A stretch of 64,000 nt of DNA from Trueperaceae bacterium (GCA_965213705.1 OZ243913.1:2752001-2816000); one strand, 5' to 3'; positions 19,885-29,506 are shown, counted from the stretch's first letter. The notes: a model not told the origin generated them from the letters alone. Program-made: numbers and translations.

Positions 19885-20006
19885 GTTCGCGCCGAGGTTA
19901 GCCCCGATGTGACGGTCGAAACCTGCCCAGGTCAGAACTCCCTCGGGTCGCGCATACATTCCGCTGACACAGGTTCGGTAGGCTCGCACCGGGGCCGGTC
20001 GCGAGC
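19885..20006. ncRNA. Candidate structured RNA (long imperfect hairpin), unassigned
   Basis: Nested complementary pairs GTTCGCG/CGCGAGC, GCCCCGATGTG/CGCACCGGGGC, ACCTG/CAGGT, GTCAG/CTGAC in an intergenic region. Confidence 0.35.
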
Positions 20007-20069
20007 GTCCTCACGGACGGCTCTAAAGGTTCGCCAAAACGCACCCGGCCGAGACCGACCGCGCGAGGA

Positions 20070-20134
20070 TTGACACACGGCAGTCCACTCGGTAGCATCT
20101 CTTCTAGGCAATTCCGAGTTGTGCACTCGGAATT
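20070..20134 (+). promoter_or_regulatory. Sigma70-type promoter plus a perfect 10-5-10 palindromic operator
   Basis: TTGACA(20070)-17 bp-TAGCAT(20093); AATTCCGAGT-TGTGC-ACTCGGAATT at 20110-20134. Confidence 0.75.
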
Positions 20135-20167
20135 AAAAATGCCGTTTCTTTCCGGAAAGGACCCAAC

Positions 20168-21328
20168 GTGAAACGAGTTTTTCCAACGCTGTTGGTCTTG
20201 CTGTTCGGCTCGAGCTTCGCCCAAGTCAAACCCGAGGCGGTGGCGACGTACGCCGACATCGTTTACGCGAGTTATGCGGACGCGCTCGAGACGGCCGAGA
20301 CGCTGCAAAGGGCCGTGATGGCGTTCTTAGCGGCCCCCGACGAGGCGACGCTCGACGCGGCCAAAAACGCCTGGCTCGCCGCTCGCGAGCCCTACGGCCA
20401 AACCGAGGTCTACCGCTTTTACGGCGGCCCCATCGACGGCGCGGACGGTCTCGAAGGTCTTATCAACGCTTGGCCTGTAGACGAGGTGTACATAGATTAC
20501 GTCGAGGGTGCGCCCGACGCGGGCATCGTCAACAACGTCGCCGACTACCCGGAAATCACGAAAGACCTGCTCGCGTCTCTCAACGAAGTCGGCGCGGAAG
20601 AGAACATCGCCACGGGCTACCACGCTATAGAATTTTTGCTGTGGGGCCAAGACCTGAGCGCGGCGACCGCCGGACAGCGCCCCTACACCGACTACACCAC
20701 CGCCCCGCACGCTCGGCGGCGCGCGGCTTACCTGAGCGCGGCGACCGAACTGCTGGTCGAGCATTTGGGCGAGCTGGTACAGGCCTGGAGCCCGGAGCAG
20801 AACGGCAACTACCGTGAGGGTTTCTTGGCGCTCGAGCCCGACGCCGTCTTACAAAACGTCCTGACGGGGATGGGCGTGCTCGCCAAAAGTGAACTCGCGG
20901 GCGACCGCATCTTTACCGCTTTCGACAACCAAGACCAAGAGGACGAGCACTCCTGCTTCAGCGACAACACCCACCGCGACATCATTGCAAACCTCACCGG
21001 CATCCAAAACGTTTACTTGGGGCGGTACCGACGCGTCGACGGCAGCGTCGTCGAGGGCACGGGGTTGAACGCGGTCGTCGCCGAGGTGAACGCCGAACTG
21101 AACGAAGAGGTAACGGCACTCCTCAGCGCAGCCGACGCTCAAACTCAGGCCATCCCCGCGCCGTTCGACCAGGCTATCCTCAGCGACGACGCGCGACCAC
21201 AAATTTTCGACCTCGTCACGACCCTGCTGGACTTGGGCGACAAGCTCGCCGAGGTCGACACGGCGCTCGGTGACAACGTCGGTGTCGGTGTCGGTGTCGG
21301 TGCCGGCGTCAGTTCGGCGTCGCCCTGA
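20168..21328 (+). CDS. Imelysin family iron-regulated protein (IrpA/IcmP-like)
   Basis: Signal peptide; INAWPVDE, GYHAIEFLLWGQD, EDEHSCFSDNT. Confidence 0.92.
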   Translation: MKRVFPTLLVLLFGSSFAQVKPEAVATYADIVYASYADALETAETLQRAVMAFLAAPDEATLDAAKNAWLAAREPYGQTEVYRFYGGPIDGADGLEGLINAWPVDEVYIDYVEGAPDAGIVNNVADYPEITKDLLASLNEVGAEENIATGYHAIEFLLWGQDLSAATAGQRPYTDYTTAPHARRRAAYLSAATELLVEHLGELVQAWSPEQNGNYREGFLALEPDAVLQNVLTGMGVLAKSELAGDRIFTAFDNQDQEDEHSCFSDNTHRDIIANLTGIQNVYLGRYRRVDGSVVEGTGLNAVVAEVNAELNEEVTALLSAADAQTQAIPAPFDQAILSDDARPQIFDLVTTLLDLGDKLAEVDTALGDNVGVGVGVGAGVSSASP

Positions 21329-21383
21329 TGACGGCTCGCTACCGGCTCGAGACGCGCCGCGCGGTGGCTTGAAGGGTTTTTCC

Positions 21384-22811
21384 GTGCGGACGAACAAACT
21401 TTTTCTTGCCCTCCCCGTCGCCGTCCTGGCTTTGGTCCTGTTCAGCCTTGTGTGGCTGACGTGGGGGGCCAGGGCGCAAACGGACACGCCCGAGCCGGAC
21501 GCACGCTTGGGCGGCGCAGCGACGGTTTTTGACGCGACGCCCAACGCGTTCGCACAACCCGTACCGGGTTTGGAGCGCCAGCAGCAACTCCTTTTTTTCG
21601 TCGGCAACTCGTTTTTCAACCAAAACTGGGTCGCCGCGCCCGCCTCGACGACGGCCCGCGACGGTTTGGGGCCGCTGTTCAACGCCCGCTCCTGCGCGGG
21701 CTGCCACTTCAAAGACGGGCGCGGCCGCCCGCCCGCGTTTGGCGGAGAAGCGCCGACGGGCCTGCTCGTTCGGCTCGGACTGCCGGAAAAAGACATTCAC
21801 GGCTCGAGGCTGCCCGAGCCCACCTACGGCTTGCAGTTTCAAGACCAAGCTACCGAAGGCGTTCCCAAAGAGGGCGACCTGCACGTCACTTATGAAGAGG
21901 TCCCGGACGCGTACCCCGACGGCACCCCTTACAGCCTACGCCGACCTACCTACCGGCTGGACAACCTGGCCTACGGCGACCTGCATCCCGAAACCGCCCT
22001 CTCCGCGCGAATTGCCAACCAAATGGTCGGTTTGGGTTTGTTAGAAGCGATTTCCGAAGCCGACCTGCTGGCCGCGGCCGACCCGACCGATGTAGACGGG
22101 GACGGCGTTTCGGGTCGTCCCAACTGGGTTTGGGACGCGCAAAACAGCCGCATGGCCGTGGGGCGTTTCGGCTGGAAGGCCGAGCAGCCCAGCATCTTGC
22201 AACAGGCCGCCGCCGCCTTTTCGGCCGACATCGGCATCAGCAACGATGTTTTTGTAGAAGAGGGGTGTGCGATTGCGCAGACCGAATGCCGCGGTGCCGT
22301 CAGCGGCAACAACGCCGAAGGTGAGCCCGAGATTCCTGCCGACGACTTTCTGAAAGTGGTGTTGTACTCGAGCACCTTGGCCGTCCCGGCGCAGCGCGGT
22401 TTCGACAGTCCGGAGGTGCTCGCCGGCGCAGCCCTGTTTGAACATACCGGCTGCACGGCCTGCCACACCGAGCGCTACACGACGGGGTTGCACCCGAGCA
22501 TCCCGGTTTTGTCTCAGCAGAGCATTCGCCCCTACACCGACCTGTTGCTGCACGACATGGGTGACGCCCTGGCCGACGACCTCAGCGATTTTCAAGCCAC
22601 GGGCAGCGAGTGGCGCACGCCGCCGCTGTGGGGCGTCGGGTTGTTCGCCACGGTCAACAAACACACCTTTTACCTGCACGACGGGCGCGCCCGCTCGCTG
22701 GAAGAAGCCGTCTTGTGGCACGGGGGCGAGGCCGAAGCCTCCAAAGACAAGTTTACAAACCTCAGCAAGCAGGAACGTGACACTTTGCTGGGGTTTCTCA
22801 AGTCACTTTAG
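21384..22811 (+). CDS. Di-heme oxidoreductase family protein (DUF1111/DHOR)
   Basis: DGLGPLFNARSCAGCH, GRFGWKA, second CTACH, EWRTPPLWG, LHDGRAR; start set at GTG 21384. Confidence 0.92.
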   Translation: MRTNKLFLALPVAVLALVLFSLVWLTWGARAQTDTPEPDARLGGAATVFDATPNAFAQPVPGLERQQQLLFFVGNSFFNQNWVAAPASTTARDGLGPLFNARSCAGCHFKDGRGRPPAFGGEAPTGLLVRLGLPEKDIHGSRLPEPTYGLQFQDQATEGVPKEGDLHVTYEEVPDAYPDGTPYSLRRPTYRLDNLAYGDLHPETALSARIANQMVGLGLLEAISEADLLAAADPTDVDGDGVSGRPNWVWDAQNSRMAVGRFGWKAEQPSILQQAAAAFSADIGISNDVFVEEGCAIAQTECRGAVSGNNAEGEPEIPADDFLKVVLYSSTLAVPAQRGFDSPEVLAGAALFEHTGCTACHTERYTTGLHPSIPVLSQQSIRPYTDLLLHDMGDALADDLSDFQATGSEWRTPPLWGVGLFATVNKHTFYLHDGRARSLEEAVLWHGGEAEASKDKFTNLSKQERDTLLGFLKSL

Positions 22812-22819
22812 GGGTCAGT

Positions 22820-23863
22820 ATGAACCGAAGCAGGTTTCCCAAAGCTCACCTGAGCGTTTTCACGTTCGGCGGTTTCGTAATGGTGCTGTCAACCCTCACC
22901 CTGTTCCAGGGCGCGGCACAGTCTTTCGACCGTAGGGCGATGCTCGAGAACATCGCCCTCAACGTCATTTTGCCCTGTTACGAAACCTTTGCCCAGCAAG
23001 CAACCCTGTTAAGCGGCGCGGCGCAGTCGCTCGCGGCTGCCCCCGACGCAGAAACCTTGGCCGAGGCCAAAGACGCCTGGAACGACGCGGCTGCCGCTTG
23101 GGCGCAGTGTGCGCCCTACGGGTTCGGCGGCTTGGACGCGATGATCCTCTACAACCAAGTCTTTAAGACGCCCGTCAACCCCCTACAAATCGAAAAGATT
23201 TTGGACGACGCCAGCGCGCCGGACGCGGTCTTCACCGACAAGACGGGCTCGTCGGCCAGGGGTTTGGGGACCCTGGAATATTTTCTGTTCCAGGACGACG
23301 AGGCCGTGTTGGTAGCGCTGCGGGAGGACAAGCGCGCCGCTTACCTCACCGCGCTCGCCGCGAACGTGCAGGCGAAGGCGACCGAAATCGTGACTTTTTG
23401 GTCCCCGAACGGCGAAAACTACGCGGCGACTTTCGCAGCCGCCGACCAAGAAGGCGGCTCGGTCAAGGGTTCGCTCAACAGAATAGTCAACGAACTCATC
23501 GCCACGCTCGAGCAAACAGCGCACGAACGGGTGACGGGGCCGTCCGGCGCGCTGGACCCGGCCGCCTTGGGGCGCGTGCGGGGCAACCTGTTGGGGGCGC
23601 AGCGCTTGTTTACCGGGGCGGACGGCCTCGGGATTGACGACTACTTGCGCTTTTTGGGTGTCGGCGACTTGGCCGACGAAGTCACTGCCGACTTCGAGGC
23701 CGCTTTGGCTGAAACAGGTGCTTTGGCTGACGCCGAGCCTCCTGAAACCGAACGGGTAGCCCGGCTGTACGACCACTTGGACAGGTTGACGGTTTTGACA
23801 GCCGTCGACACCGCCAACCAGCTCGGCATTACCGTAACCTTCAACGACACCGACGGCGACTGA
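22820..23863 (+). CDS. Imelysin-like protein (second copy)
   Basis: RGLGTLEYFLF, C-terminal LGITVTFNDTDGD typical of this family; operonic position. Confidence 0.85.
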   Translation: MNRSRFPKAHLSVFTFGGFVMVLSTLTLFQGAAQSFDRRAMLENIALNVILPCYETFAQQATLLSGAAQSLAAAPDAETLAEAKDAWNDAAAAWAQCAPYGFGGLDAMILYNQVFKTPVNPLQIEKILDDASAPDAVFTDKTGSSARGLGTLEYFLFQDDEAVLVALREDKRAAYLTALAANVQAKATEIVTFWSPNGENYAATFAAADQEGGSVKGSLNRIVNELIATLEQTAHERVTGPSGALDPAALGRVRGNLLGAQRLFTGADGLGIDDYLRFLGVGDLADEVTADFEAALAETGALADAEPPETERVARLYDHLDRLTVLTAVDTANQLGITVTFNDTDGD

Positions 23864-23913
23864 GCTACGGTGACTCAGCTACAGTGACTGAACGACGGCA
23901 ACTGAACGACTGC
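23858..23913 (+). repeat. Four degenerate 14-bp tandem repeats
   Basis: GACTGAGCTACGGT / GACTCAGCTACAGT / GACTGAACGACGGC / AACTGAACGACTGC. Confidence 0.5.
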
Positions 23914-24041
23914 TGCCGAACTGTGGCGCCCAAACTATATGACTAAACGACCGGTGACTTTGCAGAATGGTTGACGGGGCCGTTTCTACTCGCGGTGCCG
24001 GGGTAAAGACGCGCCCGTCCACCCACGCCGGAGACGTCTAG

Positions 24042-25409
24042 GTGCGGCAAGTCACGCCGCGCCGTTCCCAAGCGGGTACCTGGCGGCAGACGCGCGTTTG
24101 GCTCGAGCGCCCCGTCCCCAGCCTGCCGCTGGCGCTGTTCCGCGTCGCCTTCGGGCTGCTCATGTTCGCCGCCACGCTGCGTTTCGTGTTGCGCGGTTGG
24201 GTTACGGACTTTTACGTCGCGCCGCAGTTTCACTTTACCTACCTCGGTTTCGGCTGGGTCAAGCCGCTGCCGGAGCTTGGTATGTACGCGGTGTTCGGGT
24301 TGATGCTGACAACGTCGCTGCTCGTAGCAGCCGGGCTTTTCTACCGCGTTAGCATCGTCGGCTTTTTTCTGCTGTTCACCTACGTCGAGCTGTTGGACAA
24401 AAGTTTTTACCTGAACCACTACTACTTCGTGTCGCTGCTGAGTTTTCTGCTCGCTTTCTTGCCTCTCAACCGGGCGTTGTCCCTAGACGTTCGCCTCGGC
24501 CTGGTTCCGCCAGCCCCTTGGGTGCCCGCCTGGACGCTGTACGCGGTTCGCCTGCAACTCGCCGTCGTCTACCTGTTTGCGGGTTTTGCCAAACTCAACC
24601 CCGACTGGCTCTTTGCAGCGCAACCGCTGCGCATTTGGCTACGTGCCAGTACCGAGTTGCCGGTCATCGGCTTTGCGTTCGACCTTGTTTGGGTCGCTTA
24701 CGCGATGAGTTGGGCGGGGCTGCTCTTCGACCTGAGCGTTCCCTTTTTGCTGCTGTGGAAGCGGACGCGACTTTTCGCTTACTCGGCGGTCGTTGCGTTT
24801 CACGTGCTCACCGCGCTATTGTTTCCCATCGGTATGTTTCCCTGGATCATGATGGTGAGCACGCTGCTTTTTTTCTCGGGTGAGGACGTCGGCACGGTGA
24901 CGAAGGCCTTCGGCCGACCGCTGCGCACGTCCGCGCCACGCACCCTTTTCTCAGTGCGCGCGTCCGCTCCCGTCCTTGTGGTTGTGAGCCTGTTCTTTTT
25001 GTTCCAAACAGGCATGAGTTTGCGCCACACGCTTTATCCGGGCAACGTCCTCTGGACCGAAGAGGGTTTTCGGTTTTCCTGGCGCGTGATGTTGGCCGAA
25101 AAAACGGGACGGGCCGTGTTTACGGTGCGGGATGACGAGGCCGACCAAACCTGGACGGTTTATCCGAGCCGTTACCTGACGCCTCAACAGACGCGGCAAA
25201 TGGCGTTTCAACCGGACATGATTTTGCAGTTCGCGCACTTTCTCAGAGACGATTTCGCAGCAAAGGGGCACAGGGTCGCGGTTTACGCCGACGCGTGGGT
25301 CAGCCTGAACGGGCGTGCCAGTCAACCTTTCGTCAAGCCGGTCGACCTGGCAACCCAGCCCTATTCTCTGGCACCGCGGCGCTGGCTCGAGCCCGAACGA
25401 GACAGGTAG
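24042..25409 (+). CDS. HTTM-domain protein (vitamin K-dependent gamma-carboxylase-like)
   Basis: LALFRVAFG, YLNHYY, AGFAKLNPDW, IGMFPW, WTEEGFRFSWRVML, PDMILQFAH. Confidence 0.9.
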   Translation: MRQVTPRRSQAGTWRQTRVWLERPVPSLPLALFRVAFGLLMFAATLRFVLRGWVTDFYVAPQFHFTYLGFGWVKPLPELGMYAVFGLMLTTSLLVAAGLFYRVSIVGFFLLFTYVELLDKSFYLNHYYFVSLLSFLLAFLPLNRALSLDVRLGLVPPAPWVPAWTLYAVRLQLAVVYLFAGFAKLNPDWLFAAQPLRIWLRASTELPVIGFAFDLVWVAYAMSWAGLLFDLSVPFLLLWKRTRLFAYSAVVAFHVLTALLFPIGMFPWIMMVSTLLFFSGEDVGTVTKAFGRPLRTSAPRTLFSVRASAPVLVVVSLFFLFQTGMSLRHTLYPGNVLWTEEGFRFSWRVMLAEKTGRAVFTVRDDEADQTWTVYPSRYLTPQQTRQMAFQPDMILQFAHFLRDDFAAKGHRVAVYADAWVSLNGRASQPFVKPVDLATQPYSLAPRRWLEPERDR

Positions 25410-25547
25410 CGCGGCACAGGTCAAACCCACCCACGCCGAGGGAAAGCCTTTGTTTCTAAGCCAGGCGTTCAGCAAGCGTAAAACCTTGGAGCGCAAAATG
25501 CGACCCGCTCTATGGTCTCTACAGACCCGCGCGGCGTTTACTGGTTT

Positions 25548-26483
25548 ATGAGCAAACCCAAACTCGTTATTGCCGGGGCCTCGGGCGTGGTCGGGCGACA
25601 CCTCGTGGCGGCGGCCAAGAATCGTTACGACGTGACCGTTCTGACGCGCACGGTCGAGGGCGACGAGCCCGCGGGTGCTCGCGCCGTCGCCTGGAATCCG
25701 CAAGCTTTGAAGGCGGGGGACGTGGGGGGGCTCGAGGCTTTAGCGAACGTTTTGAGCGGTGCGCACGCGCTCGTCAACCTGGCGGGCGCGTCCATCGGCA
25801 GCGGGCGATTGAACGACGAACAAAAGCGTAAAGTCCTGCAAAGCCGCGTCGACAGCACCAAAACCCTTGTCGCGGCGTTCGAACGCGCCGCCGAACCGCC
25901 GCCGGTCTGGTTCCAGGCTTCGGCCGTCGGCTACTACGGCGACCGCGACGACGAGGTGCTGACCGAGGCTTCGTCGCCGCAGGACGGGTTTTTCCTGTCC
26001 CGCGTCTGCCAAGCGTGGGAGGACGCCGCAAAGAGCGTGGTGGACAAAACGCGCCTCGTCACCGGACGCTTCGGGCTGGTGCTGGCGAAAGACGCCGCCG
26101 CCTGGCAACAGTTTTTGCTGCCCGTCAAACTCTTTATCGGCGGACCGCTGGGCAGCGGTCAGCAGTGGTACGCCTGGATAGACGCCGACGATCTTGCAAA
26201 GGGTGTGCTGTTTTTGATAGAGGACGACGCGGCGCGGGGCGTCTACAACTTCACCGCGCCGAACCCGGTGCGGCAAGCCAAATTTACCAGACAAGCCGCC
26301 CAGAGACTCGGCCGGCCGGCCCTGGTACCCGCCCCCGCCTTTGCCCTGAAACTCGTCCTGGGCGACCTCGCCGAGGCGTTGCTGCTGCCGAGCGCGCGGG
26401 CGCTGCCCGTCCGTTTGGAGGCCGCAGGCTTCAGTTTCGAGTACGCAACCTTGGACGCCGAACTGACCAAACTCCTCGGCTGA
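25548..26483 (+). CDS. TIGR01777 family NAD-dependent epimerase/oxidoreductase
   Basis: IAGASGVVG, VNLAGASI, SAVGYYG, GGPLGSGQQW. Confidence 0.92.
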   Translation: MSKPKLVIAGASGVVGRHLVAAAKNRYDVTVLTRTVEGDEPAGARAVAWNPQALKAGDVGGLEALANVLSGAHALVNLAGASIGSGRLNDEQKRKVLQSRVDSTKTLVAAFERAAEPPPVWFQASAVGYYGDRDDEVLTEASSPQDGFFLSRVCQAWEDAAKSVVDKTRLVTGRFGLVLAKDAAAWQQFLLPVKLFIGGPLGSGQQWYAWIDADDLAKGVLFLIEDDAARGVYNFTAPNPVRQAKFTRQAAQRLGRPALVPAPAFALKLVLGDLAEALLLPSARALPVRLEAAGFSFEYATLDAELTKLLG

Positions 26484-26530
26484 ACTTGTATTCTTTAAGG
26501 GTGAAGACGAACCCCACGCTCCAAACCGCA

Positions 26531-26878
26531 ATGGCAGCGCCGCCCCTCGTTCCCAAAAAAGCCGAAGACCTGGTGCCCACCGACTTCCCCGAACACGGCG
26601 CACCTTTTAGGGAAATTGCCGCCCTCGGCTACACCTTCGACGGTTACGCCGCGCACGGCATGGAACGCTGCGCCGAGCTAGCCAACGCGGCGTTGAGCGC
26701 GTTTTATCACCGCGAAACCCTGCCTGAGGACATTGTCACGCTACGCACCTGTCTGTTTTTCGAAACCCGCCGCTGGCTGCTCTACGACCAGGTGCCCGAC
26801 CACCGGGCGCGCGTCTACATTCACGCACTCATCGACACGTTAAAAGCCAAGCTCGAGACCGAAAGGAAAAGCGTATGA
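26531..26878 (+). CDS. Hypothetical protein
   Basis: Fills the gap in an apparent operon; host-like codon usage; stop overlaps the next start (ATGA). Confidence 0.7.
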   Translation: MAAPPLVPKKAEDLVPTDFPEHGAPFREIAALGYTFDGYAAHGMERCAELANAALSAFYHRETLPEDIVTLRTCLFFETRRWLLYDQVPDHRARVYIHALIDTLKAKLETERKSV

Positions 26879-27561
26879 CCACGAAAGAGGTAACTTTTGC
26901 AGCTCGAGGCGACACCTTGCAAGCCTACTACGCGCTTCCGGAGGCCGCGGGAGCCGACCAAAAGCTGCCTGGCGTGGTTGTCATCCACGAGATTTTCGGG
27001 CTGAACGACAACATCCGGGACATCGCCGGGCGCTTCGCCGCCGAAGGTTACGCAGCCTTGGCGGTCGACCTGTTCACCGGCCGCAACCGCGCGGTCTGCA
27101 TGGCGCAGTTTATGAGCGGGATGCTGCTGAACTCGCTTCACCACGGCGGCATCCAGGACGTAAAAGCCGCCCTCGACTACCTCGTCACCCGACCCGAAGT
27201 TGACGAGAAACGCGTCGGGGCCATCGGCTTTTGCATGGGCGGGGGATTTGCCGTCGCTTGGGCCTGCACCGACGACCGTTTGAAAGCTGTCGCCCCCTTT
27301 TACGGCATGAACCCGCGCCCCTTGGAAGCCGTGCGCCGCGCCTGCCCGGTCGTGGGCTCGTACCCCGAAAAGGACTTTACGGCAAAAGCGGGCGCAAAGC
27401 TGGACGAGGTCTTGACCCGAGCCGACATCCCGCACGACGTCAAGGTTTATCCGGGGGCCAAACACTCGTTTATGAACGACCGCGGCGGTTCTCACGACCC
27501 GGTTGCGGCGGCGGACGCTTGGGACCGAACCCTGACTTTTTTCGGGGAGCAGTTTGGGTGA
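26875..27561 (+). CDS. Dienelactone hydrolase family protein
   Basis: HEIFGLN, GFCMGG, YPGAKHSF. Confidence 0.93.
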   Translation: MTTKEVTFAARGDTLQAYYALPEAAGADQKLPGVVVIHEIFGLNDNIRDIAGRFAAEGYAALAVDLFTGRNRAVCMAQFMSGMLLNSLHHGGIQDVKAALDYLVTRPEVDEKRVGAIGFCMGGGFAVAWACTDDRLKAVAPFYGMNPRPLEAVRRACPVVGSYPEKDFTAKAGAKLDEVLTRADIPHDVKVYPGAKHSFMNDRGGSHDPVAAADAWDRTLTFFGEQFG

Positions 27562-27627
27562 ACGCCCCTGCGAGGCGTCCGTTCGGGGCTGGACACCCGC
27601 GACGGCAGCGGGTATCATGCGAACGTT

Positions 27628-27702
<75 letters not shown>

Positions 27703-27968
27703 CCCTAACGAAGGCCCAGGGTTCGACTGGGCCTTTATGTTTGGCCCTCAGCTGGCAAAGGTTTTTGGCTCGAGCCTAAACTTTGTTGTCGTGAGCAGCC
27801 GAGCCACACTTCACAAAAACAGGATGTTCAGTCAAACTTCTCCGGCAGCCTCGGCGCGTTGTGACCGCTACCGGGGCGAGCCCCGACACTTTTCCTACAA
27901 TGTCCTTTCTACCGGGCGCAACTCGCCCCCAACCGTTTTGCGCCGCTTGTTGAAAGGAAACGAGAGTT

Positions 27969-28139
27969 ATGGTCGGGTTTGACAGCGAACACTACCTAGA
28001 GGCCGAAGTTCGGCACATCGTGCGTAAGCTCGAGACCGCGGGGAAGAATAAAGCGCTCGAGCCCGGTGAGCACAGCCGGTTGCTGCAGGACTTCGAGGAG
28101 CTTCTGGAACTGAAAGTGCTGCGGCAAAGAGAATTTTAG
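27969..28139 (+). CDS. Small hypothetical protein (56 aa)
   Basis: RBS AAAGGA; MVGFDSEHYLEAEVRHIVRKLETAGKNKALEPGEHSRLLQDFEELLELKVLRQREF; below the ORF-track cutoff. Confidence 0.5.
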   Translation: MVGFDSEHYLEAEVRHIVRKLETAGKNKALEPGEHSRLLQDFEELLELKVLRQREF

Positions 28140-28330
28140 AACTCTCTCTCTAGGCCCGCTTGCTTGAGGACAGCGTTCGCTGTGTGACGAGACTTTATCT
28201 TGCCGTCAACGACGAAGCGAGTATCGGTCAGGGGGCTGTACCACAGATCGTGGTCACCTTTGGCTTGCCGCTCGAACCGGCAGCCCGCCTGACGCAGCAT
28301 CTTTTTAAGTTGGGGTGAAAAGTCGGCCAC
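28136..28330 (-). CDS. hicA: HicA-family toxin
   Basis: LRQAGCRFERQAKGDHDLWYSP...SRHTANAVLKQAG. Confidence 0.88.
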   Translation of the reverse strand: MADFSPQLKKMLRQAGCRFERQAKGDHDLWYSPLTDTRFVVDGKIKSRHTANAVLKQAGLEREF

Positions 28331-28332
28331 TA

Positions 28333-28560
28333 CTAAGCACAATGGACAGCGCGTTCAGCTTTAAGGTTTATATGCTCACCCTGTAAAGGCTTGCCGTTCA
28401 AAGCAAGTAGCTCGGGTACAAGGGTCTCGAGCTTTTCTAAAAGTTCCTCTACAGTGTCTGCCTCGGTGACGAGGCCGGGAACTTGCTCGCTCTGAGCGAC
28501 CCACACCGACGCCTCTTCATCCCAGAAAGCGGTTATCTGTATTTCTCCCGAGTTAGGCAT
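28333..28560 (-). CDS. DUF1902/HicB-like antitoxin
   Basis: AFWDEEASVWVAQSEQVPGLVTEADTVEEL; directly upstream of hicA. Confidence 0.85.
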   Translation of the reverse strand: MPNSGEIQITAFWDEEASVWVAQSEQVPGLVTEADTVEELLEKLETLVPELLALNGKPLQGEHINLKAERAVHCA

Positions 28561-28714
28561 CGCCTAAGTATAGCGGCTTGGGGCTCAAAGCAGTTGAGGC
28601 ACCTGGAAGTAAAAAGGCCTCCATGTCGGTGGATGAAGAAGAATCAACCCCGTAAACTATGGCGACTTTTAGCAAAGCGTTGTACACATCGGCATCATCA
28701 AAATCAAGCATAGC

Positions 28715-29506
28715 TCAAACCTCATAAGTCCGTATCCGAACACCAGAGCGTACTAACCTTGTCCCCGTTTTCCCTTCAAGCGCCTGCCGCAACCGCTCCG
28801 GCACCCGCCCGTCGGCAATCACCGCGTAGGTCGCGCCCTGCCCCAGCGCTGCCAGCGCCGCCTCCACCTTGGGAATCATGCCGCCGGAGATGCGCCCGTC
28901 TGTAATGCGCGCTTCGACTTCGTCCCTCGTCAACACTGTGAGCAGGCTGCTCGAGTCGTGAGGGTCGTCAAGTACACCTACAACGTCGGTCAAAAACACG
29001 GCGGGAGCTTTCAGCGCGCCCGCCACCGCGCCTGCCACCTCGTCCGCGTTGACGTTCAGGACGCCGTCGCCCACCTCGTTCTCGGCGAGGCAGGCGAGGA
29101 CGGGGGTGATATGGGCGGCGAGGAGGGTCTCGAGCAACCTCACATTCACCCCCGTCATCCTACCGACGAAGCCGAGCGTGTCGTCGAAGGTTTGCGCGCG
29201 CAACACCCCCGCGTCGCGCCCGGTCAGGCCGACGGCGTCGCCGATGTCTTGGGCGAGCTGTTTGTTCAGCAGCGTCAACGCCTGTTCGACGTAGGGCAAA
29301 CTCTCCGCCGAGGTGACCCGCAAACCGCGGACGAAACGGTGCTCGAGGCCGACGGCGTCCAGCGCCGCTTTAATGACCGGCCCGCCCCCGTGAACGACGA
29401 CGGGTTGCAAGTTGTCCCGCGCCAGCGCGCCGATTTCCCGCGCGACCGCCCGCCGCGCACTAAGGTCGGTCATGGCGTTGCCGCCGTATTTGATGACGAG
29501 GGACAT
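28715..29506 (-). CDS. argB: Acetylglutamate kinase
   Basis: VIKYGGNAM, VVHGGGP, NVNAD, GGMIPKV. Confidence 0.95.
   Translation of the reverse strand: MSLVIKYGGNAMTDLSARRAVAREIGALARDNLQPVVVHGGGPVIKAALDAVGLEHRFVRGLRVTSAESLPYVEQALTLLNKQLAQDIGDAVGLTGRDAGVLRAQTFDDTLGFVGRMTGVNVRLLETLLAAHITPVLACLAENEVGDGVLNVNADEVAGAVAGALKAPAVFLTDVVGVLDDPHDSSSLLTVLTRDEVEARITDGRISGGMIPKVEAALAALGQGATYAVIADGRVPERLRQALEGKTGTRLVRSGVRIRTYEV

Noticed and set aside
19885..20006. SRP (4.5S) RNA, suggested by CCAGGTCAG and ffh in the window
   Set aside because: The conserved GGAA tetraloop/GGAAGCAGC domain IV motif is absent; kept only as an unassigned candidate.
23858..23950. Possible CRISPR array
   Set aside because: Units are 14 bp, degenerate, have no spacers, and there are no cas genes in the window.
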